In this document: in pieces, positions 36,499-44,797 of the stretch
Layout of the letters: each line of letters opens with the position of its first letter
Position numbering within the stretch: position 1 is the stretch's first letter
Source of the DNA: an uncultured Rhodothermales bacterium
Lineage (GTDB): Bacteria; Bacteroidota; Rhodothermia; Rhodothermales; Rubricoccaceae
DNA: 64,000 nucleotides
Assembly (NCBI GenBank): GCA_964580105.1
Contig: CAZOJJ010000008.1
Coordinates: forward strand, 1,358-65,357
Direction of reading: 5' to 3'
Program-made: the position numbers and the translations under genes
Notes under the pieces: generated by a model
The model's input: only the letters and a program-made list of their open reading frames with translations
The model's database searches: none
Told to the model about the DNA's origin: nothing

Positions 36499-36998
36499 TT
36501 ACGATCCGCCCCGGAGGAGGTTGGGCAGCATGAGGAGGGAGACCGCTGCAGCGAAGAAGGCGCGGATCACGTGGAGTCGATCCCACCCGCTCCTCCGGCG
36601 CCGAGATTCCATGCCGAAGTACGTCAGCAAAACGGCACAGACGCCGAGAGGTTGGGACACCATGAATGCGACGACGACCGCAGGAGGCCACGCACCTCCA
36701 GCAAGATGAGAGGGAGGCTCCTCCACGCACGGCGGTAGAACTCCCGTTCTAGGTCCCGGACGAGTTGTGCGTGCTCTGAAACTAGATCCGGTGACGACGG
36801 TGAGGCGAGTGGCGGTGAGGGTGGGTTCGATACGGGTTGCCCGGAGGTGGGCAAGGCTGACTTGCTGCGATGGAGCACGTACCACGCACCGTCCTCCTCG
36901 ACACCGTCGTAGATCCCCGACGTGCCCCGGTGGGTCACGGCAGACTCGGGGATGCCTCGGGAGGAGGCGATCTCGGCGGCGGGGGTTTGGGTGGTCAT
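36499..36998 (-). pseudogene. Possible frameshifted gene (soluble N-terminal part plus a two-helix membrane part in a frame offset by one)
   Basis: ORF 36998->36624 begins MTTQTPAAEIASSRGIPESAV...DGAWYVLH and ends in implausible sequence. ORF 36885->36499, in a frame offset by one nucleotide, begins implausibly but ends in AWPPAVVVAFMVSQPLGVCAVLLTYFG...VIRAFFAAAVSLLMLPNLL. The two could be joined near 36690-36720. Confidence 0.3.
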
Positions 36999-37283
36999 TC
37001 GTGAATCAAATCTCGGGGCATAAGTCGTCCCGTAGTAACGTTGAGCGGTAATGAATTGATTATATTGGATGTTGGGACTGATATGAGGTTAATGATTGGG
37101 ATGCGCCTATGGGTGTAAGCTGGGTTCTTGGCTGGTAATTAGATGCCGGAGAGACGCGTCGTGTCACGGCTTCGAGACGCCTAACACGCAGGGACGGCTT
37201 CAAGATAGGCCATGGCTCCATGCCACACCCCCCCGGGTGACACGAAAACAGCGTCCCCGCGCGGCATACCACGCCACGGCCCC

Positions 37284-38426
37284 CTACAGCCGGATCAGCG
37301 ACGCCGCGTGCTCGGCCCGCGCCCGCGCCGTCTCCCCGTCCGAGGCCGTCACCGTCACGTGCCCCATCTTCCGGCGGAGCCGCGCCTCGGTCTTCCCGTA
37401 GAGGTGCACCGCCGCCCCCGGCACCGAGAGCGCCTGCGTCACCCCGCCGAACCCGGCCGGCCCGTCGCGGTGGCCCAGCACGTTCACCATGCACGCCGCC
37501 GGGGCGCGCAGGCCCGGATCGCCGAGCGGCAGCCCCAGCACGGCCCGCACGTGGTTCTCGAACTGCGACGTGTGGCACCCCTCGATGGAGTAGTGCCCCG
37601 TGTTGTGCGGGCGCGGCGCCAGCTCGTTGACCAGCACGCGGCCGTCGGCGAGGTGGAACAGCTCCACCGCCGTCAGCCCCACGCCGTCCACCGCCTCGAC
37701 GGCCGCGAGGGCGACCCGCTGGGCCTCCTGAGCCACGCCCTCGGGCAGGTCGGCCGGGACCACCACGGCGTGGCAGCGGTGCTCCCGCTGCTCGGTGTAG
37801 GCGACGGGGTAGACGACGTGCGCGCCGTCGGGCCGGCGCGCCACCTGCACGGCCAGCTCGCCCACGAACGGCACCCACGCCTCTACGAGTGCCCCGTCCT
37901 CGGCCGCGAGGTGGGCCCAGGCGGCTTCGAGCGCGGCGGGGTCGTCACAGGTGGCGTTGCCGTAGCCGTCGTAGGAGCCCTCGTAGCGTTTGAGGACGAC
38001 GGGGTAGTCGAAGCGGTCGGCCGCGTCGAGGGCTTCGCCGAGGCCGGCGCAGCGGCGGAAGGGGGGGAGGGGCAGACCGGCGCGGTCCAGGGCGTCCTTC
38101 TGCGTGCCCTTGTGGCGGATCTGGCGGAGGGTCTGCGGCCTCGGCCAGAGGGCGACGCCGTCGGGGCACACCTCCGCCAGCCGGTCCGCCGGCGCCCACT
38201 CGCTCTCGACGGTGACGGCGTCGCAGCCCTCGGCCCAGTCGCGGAGGACGAACGGGTCGGTCCAGTCGGCGACGGTGACGTTCGCGAAGGGGGCCTCGGA
38301 GCCGCTGGCTTTCGGCGTGAGCAGCTTGACGCGGATGCCCAGGCGGACGGCCGCGAGCGCCGTCATGCGGCCGAGCTGGCCGGCGCCGAGGATGCCGAGG
38401 GTGGGAGGGAAAGCGGTGGTGGGCAC
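37284..38426 (-). CDS. purK: N5-carboxyaminoimidazole ribonucleotide synthase
   Basis: LGILGAGQLGRM, an ATP-grasp core (VVLKRYEGSYDGYGN...VELFHLADGRVLVNELAPRPHNTGHY), and the tail HLYGKTEARLRRKMGHVT. Confidence 0.92.
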   Translation of the reverse strand: MPTTAFPPTLGILGAGQLGRMTALAAVRLGIRVKLLTPKASGSEAPFANVTVADWTDPFVLRDWAEGCDAVTVESEWAPADRLAEVCPDGVALWPRPQTLRQIRHKGTQKDALDRAGLPLPPFRRCAGLGEALDAADRFDYPVVLKRYEGSYDGYGNATCDDPAALEAAWAHLAAEDGALVEAWVPFVGELAVQVARRPDGAHVVYPVAYTEQREHRCHAVVVPADLPEGVAQEAQRVALAAVEAVDGVGLTAVELFHLADGRVLVNELAPRPHNTGHYSIEGCHTSQFENHVRAVLGLPLGDPGLRAPAACMVNVLGHRDGPAGFGGVTQALSVPGAAVHLYGKTEARLRRKMGHVTVTASDGETARARAEHAASLIRL

Positions 38427-38525
38427 GGAGGAAGGGGGGAAGGGAGAGGAGGATGGACGGCGCGTGCTGGTGCGCCGGTGAGGCGCCGAGCGGGGCGAAG
38501 GACGTGCGGACTCGGACCGTGCCGC

Positions 38526-41111
38526 TCAGGCCGGCTCATTGCCCTGCGCGAGCAGGCCGTCGAGCTGGGCCTCGTCGGTGACGAGCACCTCGCGCGCCTT
38601 CGAACCCTCGAACGGCCCGACGATGCCGGCCTCCTCGAGCTGGTCCACGATCCGCGCCGCGCGCGTGTAGCCGACGGAGAGCTTGCGCTGGAGGAGGCTC
38701 ACCGAGCCCTGCTGGCTCCGCACGATCACGCGGGCGGCCTCCTCGAAGAGGTCGTCGCGCTCCTCGTCGGCCTCGCCGAGGCCGGCGGGGCCGCCGTCGC
38801 CGCCCGCCTCGACGGGCGGGAGGAGGTACGGGCCGGCCCCCTTCTGCGCCTGCACGAAGTTGACGACCTGCTCGACCTCCTCCACGCTCACGAACGGCCC
38901 CTGGAGGCGCGTGATGCGCGAGCCGTTCATGTAGAGGAGGTCGCCGTTGCCGATGAGGTGCTGGGCCCCGCCCATGTCGATGATCGTCCGCGAGTCGATC
39001 CGCGAGGCGACCTGGTAGGCGATGCGGCTCGGGAAGTTGGCCTTGATCAGCCCCGTGATGACGTCCACGCTCGGCCGCTGCGTGGCGATGACGAGGTGGA
39101 TGCCGACGGCGCGCGCCATCTGCGCCAGCCGCGCGATGGGGGCCTCGACCTCCTTGCCCGACGTCATCATGAGGTCGGCCAGCTCGTCGATCACGACGAC
39201 GATGTAGGGGAGGTGGCGGTGGCCGTCGTCGGGGTCGAGGCTGCCCTTGGCGACCTTCGCGTTGTACTCCTGGATGCCGCGCACGCCGGCCGCCGCGAGG
39301 AGGTCGTAGCGGTGCTCCATCTCGCGCTCGCACGTCCGCAGCACGCCCGCCGCGAGGCCGAACTCCGTCGTGATTGGCTCCTCCAGGTCCTCGGGCATGG
39401 CGATGAAGTGGTCGAGCAGCCCGGCGTACGTGTTGAGCTCGATCTTCTTCGGGTCCACGAGGACGAACTTGAGGTCGGCCGGGTGGCACGCGTAGAGCAG
39501 CCCGCCGATGAGCGTGTTGATGCCGACCGACTTGCCCGAGCCCGTCGCTCCCGCAATCAGCAGGTGCGGCATCTTGGTGAGGTCCTCGATGAACACCTCG
39601 CCCTCGATGGTCTTCCCGATGACCACGGGCAGCGCCATCTTGCCGCCGTCGCGGCGGCTGGCGTCGCGGAACTTGGCCGTGGCGAGCATGGACCGGAGGC
39701 GGACGAGCTCGCGCGAGCGGTTCGGGATCTCCACGCCGATGGCGCTCTTGCCCGGGATCGGCGCGATGATGCGGATGCCGGGCGCGGCGAGGGCCATCGC
39801 GAGGTCGTCCTCCAGCGCCGTGATGCGGCTGATCTTGACGCCCGGCGCGGGCGTGAGCTCGTAGCGCGTCACCGTCGGCCCCACGACGGCGTCGATCTCG
39901 GCGATCTCGATGTTGTACGTCTCCAGCTTGTCGAGGAGGATCTGCTTGTTCTCCTCGATCTCGTCGAGGTCGATCTGCGTGCGGTCGTCGGGCGCTTCGA
40001 GCAGCTCGATGGAGGGGTAGTCGTACGGGAGGGTGTGGGCGTCCACCGAGGTGCGGCGGGCGCTGTCGAGGTCGGCCGGCGCCTCCTCGACAGGACGGCG
40101 GACGTGGAAGGCCGGGCCGTCCTGCGGCTGGCTGCGGTGGAGGCGGACGAGGTCGTCCACGATCTCGTCGTCGTCCTCGGCGGGCGGGGCGAAGAGGTCG
40201 GACGGCGGGGGCGACGGGCGCGGCTCGGCGGGCGGAAGCGGTGGGCGCGGGGCGGCCGTGCGGGGCTCCGGCGCCGGGGCGGGGCGGGCCTCGCGGTGGG
40301 CGTCCTCCTGCTTTTTCGCCGCGCGGGCCCGGCGTCGCTTCTCGCGCTCGGCGTGCCGCTCCTCCTGCCGGGCGCGGCGCTCGGCCAGCGCGGCGGCGCG
40401 GAGCTGCTTGCGCTCTTCGGCCCCGCTCCGGAAGGACGCCCACACGTTGCGGCCCCCGTCGCGCACGCCGAAAAACAGCTCTTCGGCGCGGTCGAGCGAC
40501 GTCTGGATGTCCCGGTCGATGACGAGCAGGATCGTCACGAGCAGCGCCAGGACGAGGAGGGCGAAGGAGCCGACGGCGCCGAGCACGCTCTCCAGCCAGC
40601 CCGCCACGCCGAGGCCGACGGCCCCGCTCCAGTGGTCGAGCGCGGCGTCCGTGCGCGGCTCCAGCCAGCCGAAGAAGCACGCCAGGAAGAAGGCGCCGAC
40701 GGCGGCGAGGGTGGTCAGCAGCGGCAGGAACACCGGCGTCCGCCGCCGGAAGAGCACGTACCCCCAGCCGACGAGCATCCCGACCAGCAGCAGCACCGGA
40801 TAGCCGAGGAAGCCCGTCACCAGCCACCGGCTCACGACGGCGCCGACGGGCCCGAGGAGGTTGTCGGCCCGGTTGTCGCGCGCGTCGAAGACGTCGGCCC
40901 AGCGGCCGGGGTCGTCGAGGAGCGCGTCATCGGCGCGGGTGTGGGTGACGACGGCGAGGGCGAGCAGGAGGGCGAGGGCGAGGAGCACGAGGCCGAGGAT
41001 CTCGGTCTTGCGCTCCCGGGAGACGAGGGTGCCGGCCGTGCCGGCCGTGCCGGCCTTGGCGCGGGGTTTCGCCCGGCTCCTGGTTTTGCTGCGCGTGCGG
41101 GGGCTGCTCAC
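38526..41111 (-). CDS. ftsK: DNA translocase FtsK
   Basis: N-terminal TM helices, a Pro/Ala-rich linker, the motor domain (HLLIAGATGSGKSVGINTLI...VVVIDELADLMM...GIHLVIATQRPSVDVITG) and a gamma winged-helix (SVSLLQRKLSVGYTRAARIVDQLEE). Confidence 0.95.
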   Translation of the reverse strand: MSSPRTRSKTRSRAKPRAKAGTAGTAGTLVSRERKTEILGLVLLALALLLALAVVTHTRADDALLDDPGRWADVFDARDNRADNLLGPVGAVVSRWLVTGFLGYPVLLLVGMLVGWGYVLFRRRTPVFLPLLTTLAAVGAFFLACFFGWLEPRTDAALDHWSGAVGLGVAGWLESVLGAVGSFALLVLALLVTILLVIDRDIQTSLDRAEELFFGVRDGGRNVWASFRSGAEERKQLRAAALAERRARQEERHAEREKRRRARAAKKQEDAHREARPAPAPEPRTAAPRPPLPPAEPRPSPPPSDLFAPPAEDDDEIVDDLVRLHRSQPQDGPAFHVRRPVEEAPADLDSARRTSVDAHTLPYDYPSIELLEAPDDRTQIDLDEIEENKQILLDKLETYNIEIAEIDAVVGPTVTRYELTPAPGVKISRITALEDDLAMALAAPGIRIIAPIPGKSAIGVEIPNRSRELVRLRSMLATAKFRDASRRDGGKMALPVVIGKTIEGEVFIEDLTKMPHLLIAGATGSGKSVGINTLIGGLLYACHPADLKFVLVDPKKIELNTYAGLLDHFIAMPEDLEEPITTEFGLAAGVLRTCEREMEHRYDLLAAAGVRGIQEYNAKVAKGSLDPDDGHRHLPYIVVVIDELADLMMTSGKEVEAPIARLAQMARAVGIHLVIATQRPSVDVITGLIKANFPSRIAYQVASRIDSRTIIDMGGAQHLIGNGDLLYMNGSRITRLQGPFVSVEEVEQVVNFVQAQKGAGPYLLPPVEAGGDGGPAGLGEADEERDDLFEEAARVIVRSQQGSVSLLQRKLSVGYTRAARIVDQLEEAGIVGPFEGSKAREVLVTDEAQLDGLLAQGNEPA

Positions 41112-41225
41112 CGCGAGGGTCCGGTGGTGGGGAAACGGGGCCGGGGCGTCCGGCCCGGACGAAAATACACGACGGCGGCCCGTTCCGGGAAGGGGACCGC
41201 GCGCGGCGCCCGTTTCCGCGCCGGG

Positions 41226-42044
41226 CTAGGCGTCCGGCGCTTCCGCGGCGGCCTCGGCCTCCTGCTGCGCGGCGACGGCCTGGGCCGCGAGGGCGCGGTC
41301 GTCGGCGTCGAGCGCGAGGCGGTTGTCGGAGAACCGGGGGAGGATGGGGAGGGCGTCGAGGCGGGCGCAGTAGGCCACGTCGTCGCCGTAGCCGAGGGCG
41401 ATCAGCCGCTGCGTGTGCTGGCAGTCGAAGAGGGCGCGGGCGAGCCGGCGCTCGTCGTGGCGGTACTGCGTCAGCGCGATGTGCGCGCCGTCGGTGATGC
41501 GGTCGGGGACGGCCTCGCCCCAGAGCCGGTGCAGGAGCATTCCGGCGCAGAGGACGTCTTCGAGGGCGAGGCGCCCCTCCTCGCCCGCGCAGACGATGAC
41601 GGCCTGGGGCTCGTCGGCGTCGTCCTCGGAGAGCGTCTCCCGCAGGAAGTCCACCACGCGGGCGGCGTTGAGGAAGCAGCCCGCGACGAGGTGCTCGGCC
41701 TTGCGCGCCCGTGCCAGCGCGCCGGTCCCGTTGGTCGTGTTGAGCACGACGGTCTTGCCGGCGACGGCCTCGGGCGTGTACTCCAGCGGCGAGTTGCCCG
41801 CCCTGTAGCCGTCGATGGGCCGGCCGCCGCGCTCGCCGCCCAGCAGCGAGGTCTCGGCGTCGAGGGCCGCCGCCATCCGGCCCGCCTCGGCCATGTCGGC
41901 CACGGGGACGACCGCCCGCGCGCCGTGAAACAGCGCCGTCGTGATCGTCGAGCACGCCCGGAGGACGTCCACCACCACGACCGTTTTGCCCCGGAGGGCC
42001 TCCTCGTCCAGCGTGCGCGGGGTGAACAGGACGTCGACGTTCAT
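41226..42044 (-). CDS. comB: 2-phosphosulfolactate phosphatase (ComB family)
   Basis: VVVVDVLRACSTITTAL...GGERGGRPIDGYRAGNSPLEY...VLNTTNGT...EDVLCAG matches my recollection of the ComB family. Confidence 0.75.
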   Translation of the reverse strand: MNVDVLFTPRTLDEEALRGKTVVVVDVLRACSTITTALFHGARAVVPVADMAEAGRMAAALDAETSLLGGERGGRPIDGYRAGNSPLEYTPEAVAGKTVVLNTTNGTGALARARKAEHLVAGCFLNAARVVDFLRETLSEDDADEPQAVIVCAGEEGRLALEDVLCAGMLLHRLWGEAVPDRITDGAHIALTQYRHDERRLARALFDCQHTQRLIALGYGDDVAYCARLDALPILPRFSDNRLALDADDRALAAQAVAAQQEAEAAAEAPDA

Positions 42045-42172
42045 GCGGGTGGGTTCGGGTGAGGCCGGAAGGTCCCGGCGCGGGGTGCCGACGGTGGGTC
42101 ACGCCGGGCGCGGGCCGAAGATAGGCGGTCCCACGCCCGGTGCAAGACGGGGTGCCCCTGAATTGCCCGGGC

Positions 42173-43285
42173 TCAGGCGCTCTTGTGGAACGGCGGCTTG
42201 GCCACCCTCGCGCGGAGCATCCGGCCCCGGACGTCCACGTGGAGGGGCTGGCCGACGGTCGTGCACGCCTCGTCGTTCGGCACGAAGCCGAGGCCGATGC
42301 CCCGGCCGAGCGTGGGCGACTGCGAGCCGCTGGTGACCTCGCCGAGCGGCCGGCCCTCGGGCGAGAGCAGCGCGCAGCCCTGGCGCGGGATGCCGCGCTC
42401 CTCCATCACGAACCCGACGAGCTTCCGTTTCGGTCCCTCGGCCTTCACCTTCCGCAGCGCCTCGGCGCCGACGAAGTCGCCCGCGTCGAGCTTGACGACC
42501 CAGCCGAGGCCGGCTTCCAGCGGGTTGATCGTCTCGGAGAGTTCGTGGCCGTAGAGGGCGTAGCCCGCTTCGAGGCGGAGCGTGTCCCGCGCACCGAGGC
42601 CGGCGGGGCGGAGGCCGTGCTTCTCGCCCGCCGCCAGCAGCGCGTTCCACACGTCCACGGCGCGCTCGGGCTCGCAGTAGATCTCCAGCCCCTTTTCGCC
42701 CGTGTAGCCGGTGTGCGAGAGGAGGGCCCGCTCGCAGCCGAGGAAGGCGCCCGGCTCGGGCCGCAGGAAGTGGTAGTACGGCACGTCCGCCACCGGCAGG
42801 TCGGTCACCTCGGCGATGACGTCGAACGCCTTCGGCCCCTGGAGCGCCAGCAGCGCCGTACGCTCGGACGCGTCCTCGACGGTGCAGTCGAAGCCCGCCT
42901 CGGCGTGGACGGCGCGGATGTGCGCGAGGTCCTTCTCGATGTTCGAGGCGTTGACGACGAGCATGTAGTCGTCCCCGGCCATCCGGTAGACGAGCAGGTC
43001 GTCCACCGCGCCGCCGTCGGCCTGGCACAGCACCGCGTACATCGCGCGGCCGTCGTAGAGCTTCGTCGCGTCGTTGGTGACGAGGTGCTGGACGAAGTCG
43101 AGGGCCTGCGGGCCGCGCACGAGGACCTCGCCCATGTGGCTCACGTCGAAGAGTCCGGCAGCCTCGCGGACGGCCCGGTGCTCGTCCAGGATGGAGCTGT
43201 ACTGGATGGGCATGTCGAACCCGGCGAAGGGCACCATCTTGGCGCCGAGGGCGACGTGGGCGTCGTGGAGCGGGGTGGTTTTCAT
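42173..43285 (-). CDS. gcvT: Glycine cleavage system aminomethyltransferase (T protein)
   Basis: MKTTPLHDAHVALGAKMVPFAGFDMPIQY...LFDVSHMGE...YTGEKGLEIY...LGARDTLRLEAG...GEVTSG. Confidence 0.95.
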   Translation of the reverse strand: MKTTPLHDAHVALGAKMVPFAGFDMPIQYSSILDEHRAVREAAGLFDVSHMGEVLVRGPQALDFVQHLVTNDATKLYDGRAMYAVLCQADGGAVDDLLVYRMAGDDYMLVVNASNIEKDLAHIRAVHAEAGFDCTVEDASERTALLALQGPKAFDVIAEVTDLPVADVPYYHFLRPEPGAFLGCERALLSHTGYTGEKGLEIYCEPERAVDVWNALLAAGEKHGLRPAGLGARDTLRLEAGYALYGHELSETINPLEAGLGWVVKLDAGDFVGAEALRKVKAEGPKRKLVGFVMEERGIPRQGCALLSPEGRPLGEVTSGSQSPTLGRGIGLGFVPNDEACTTVGQPLHVDVRGRMLRARVAKPPFHKSA

Positions 43286-43392
43286 AGAAGCGGGAAGTAG
43301 GAAGGGAGAAGTTAGAGCGGGTGGGGGGCAGGTGCGAAGGGGAGCGGCCGCGCCGGCCGTTTCTCACTTCGAACTTCGCACTTCTCCCTCCG

Positions 43393-43941
43393 TCACGCGC
43401 CCTTCCACGCGCGCTCGGGAAAGCGCTCGGCATAGCGCGCCACGCCCTCCTCGATGATCCGCTCGGCCGCCTCGCGGTCCTCGTACCCGCCCGTTTCGAC
43501 GGCCTTCCCTTCGAGCGTCTTGTAGTCGAGGAAGAAGCGCTCGATCTGGCGGCGGCGGTGCGCGGGCAGGTCCTCCAGCCGCGCGTAGCCCGCGAACTCG
43601 GGGTCGTCCACGCACACGGCGATAATCTTCTCGTCGTCGCCGGCCTCGTCCTTCATGGGCAGCATGCCGATGGCGCGGGCGCGGAGGATGGCCAGCGGGG
43701 CGACGGGCTCGGACATGAGCACGAGCACGTCGAGCGGATCGCCGTCGCCGCCGAGAGTGCGGGGGATGAAGCCGTAGTTGGCGGGGTAGTAGACGGCGCT
43801 GTAGAGCACGCGGTCCACGCGGAGGAGGCCGGTCTTCTTGTCGAGCTCGTACTTGACCGTCCCGCCGCGCGGGACCTCGATGACGACGTTGAACGCCTCG
43901 CGGACGGTGTGGCCGGTGGGGAGGTCGTGCCAGGGATGCAT
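43393..43941 (-). CDS. ppa: Inorganic pyrophosphatase (family I)
   Basis: [16 protein letters not shown]...[24 protein letters not shown]...[15 protein letters not shown] 43941 gives MHPWHDLP. Confidence 0.93.
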   Translation of the reverse strand: MHPWHDLPTGHTVREAFNVVIEVPRGGTVKYELDKKTGLLRVDRVLYSAVYYPANYGFIPRTLGGDGDPLDVLVLMSEPVAPLAILRARAIGMLPMKDEAGDDEKIIAVCVDDPEFAGYARLEDLPAHRRRQIERFFLDYKTLEGKAVETGGYEDREAAERIIEEGVARYAERFPERAWKGA

Positions 43942-44026
43942 GGGCAGGGATGGGCTGGGGAGTGAAGGGCGGAGGGTGGCGTGCGATTCCGCGCCGACGT
44001 GTACCTGCGTACGCCTCACGCGCCCG

Positions 44027-44355
44027 ATGGCTGCCCGTGCGCCGGTTCTTCCTCGTCCTTTCGCTCATCGCGCTGTCCGCGCCGGTCCTCGCCCAGCCGG
44101 AGCCGACGGCGTTCGTCGCGGCGCGGCGATCTTCGCGATGGGCGGGCCGCCCATCGGGAACGGCGTGTCGCGAACGGCGTGCTGGGGGTCGAAGGCGGCC
44201 GCATCCTCGACGTGGGCGAGGCCGCCCCTCTCGACCTCGGGTCCGAGGTGCGCGTGGTCGACGCCAGCGCCGACAGCGGGAGCCCGGCCCCCACCATCGT
44301 CCTCGACAGCCCCGTCGGCAAGCTCGAAGCGCGCGGCCTCCTGCCCGAACGGTGA
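44027..44355 (+). pseudogene. Decayed, truncated 5' remnant of a secreted amidohydrolase-like gene (at least 3 frame disruptions)
   Basis: The ATG at 44027 is in one frame. The signal peptide [23 protein letters not shown] is in the +1 frame. AAIFAMGGPPIGNGV returns to the first frame. VANGVLGVEGGRILDVGEAAPLDLGSEVRVVDAS is in the third frame, ending at TGA 44353-44355. The last shift coincides with a 14-nt imperfect tandem duplication (gaacggcgtg at 44158-44167 and again at 44172-44181). Confidence 0.55.
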
Positions 44356-44413
44356 CCGTAGACCTGACCCTAGACCTGACCCTAGACCTGACCGTAGACG
44401 TGATCGTAGACGG
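44354..44413. repeat. Five tandem copies of a 12-bp unit (gacc[c/g]tagacct, last two copies degenerate)
   Basis: Units at 44354-44365, 44366-44377, 44378-44389, 44390-44401 and 44402-44413, read directly from the sequence. Confidence 0.95.
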
Positions 44414-44536
44414 CGGGGTCGTGGTAGAACGCTGCCAGTAAGACAGGCAGTACGGCTGGCACGGTTGTGGAAGAGACGGGCGGCGTTGCCCCGCGGGGCA
44501 TCCCCCTCTCCCTTCACCTCTCCGAACCTGCCCGTC

Positions 44537-44683
44537 ATGCTCCAAGCCATCATCGTCCTGGCCGTCATCGCCCTCATCGCCTCCCTCCTCGGTTTCCGGG
44601 GAGTGGCCGGCATGACCGCCGGCCTCGCCAAGATCCTCCTCATCGTCTTCGTGATCCTGGTGATCATCGCGTTCCTGCTCTAG
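44537..44683 (+). CDS. DUF1328/UPF0391-family small membrane protein (48 aa)
   Basis: MLQAIIVLAVIALIASLLGFRGVAGMTAGLAKILLIVFVILVIIAFLL matches the UPF0391 pattern (...ALLGFGGIAG.AAGIAKILFF...). Confidence 0.8.
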   Translation: MLQAIIVLAVIALIASLLGFRGVAGMTAGLAKILLIVFVILVIIAFLL

Positions 44684-44709
44684 CCGAGCTCCCTGCTCTA
44701 GCCGAGCTC
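44674..44709. repeat. Perfect 18-bp tandem duplication spanning the DUF1328 gene stop codon
   Basis: cctgctctagccgagctc at 44674-44691 is repeated exactly at 44692-44709. It is followed by a 7-bp hairpin (aggcgcc / ggcgcct, 44719-44738). Confidence 0.9.
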
Positions 44710-44797
44710 CTCGGGAAGAGGCGCCCCGTAAGGCGCCTGCTTCGCGGGCCGGCCGTCGTAGTTTGGCGGCCGGCCTTTCTGTGTACCCCTGCTCCCG

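Noticed and set aside
36860-36998. GIY-YIG nuclease motif in the ORF starting MTTQTPAAE... (SGIYDGVEEDGAWYVLH).
   Set aside because: Only the GIY tripeptide matches. The second element reads YVL rather than Y-I-G, and the downstream conserved Arg/Glu/Asn are not evident.
37212-42062. Very long track ORFs, including 37212..42062 (+), 7467..11582 (-), 27095..30103 (+), 30210..32588 (-), 43364..45553 (-), 48256..51054 (+), 51036..54296 (+) and 33158..35482 (+).
   Set aside because: Their translations are monotonous Arg/Gly/Pro/Ala/Asp/Glu strings with no motifs. Each lies antisense to, or out of frame with, a gene that has clear family signatures (ftsK, the sensor kinase, uvrD, polA and others). 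These are typical stop-codon-poor shadow frames of high-G+C DNA.
43286-43392. Glycine riboswitch upstream of gcvT.
   Set aside because: gcvT is a classic glycine-riboswitch target, so I looked for one. The only GCGAAGGGGAGC-like string is on the plus strand, the wrong strand for gcvT. The minus-strand leader lacks the GGAGAG...ACCGAAGGGGCAA...CTCAGGCAAAAGGAC pattern, and 107 nt is too short for the tandem aptamer. An Infernal scan would settle it.
44354-44413. CRISPR array.
   Set aside because: The repeats are only 12 bp and directly abutting, with no spacers. There are no cas genes in the window.
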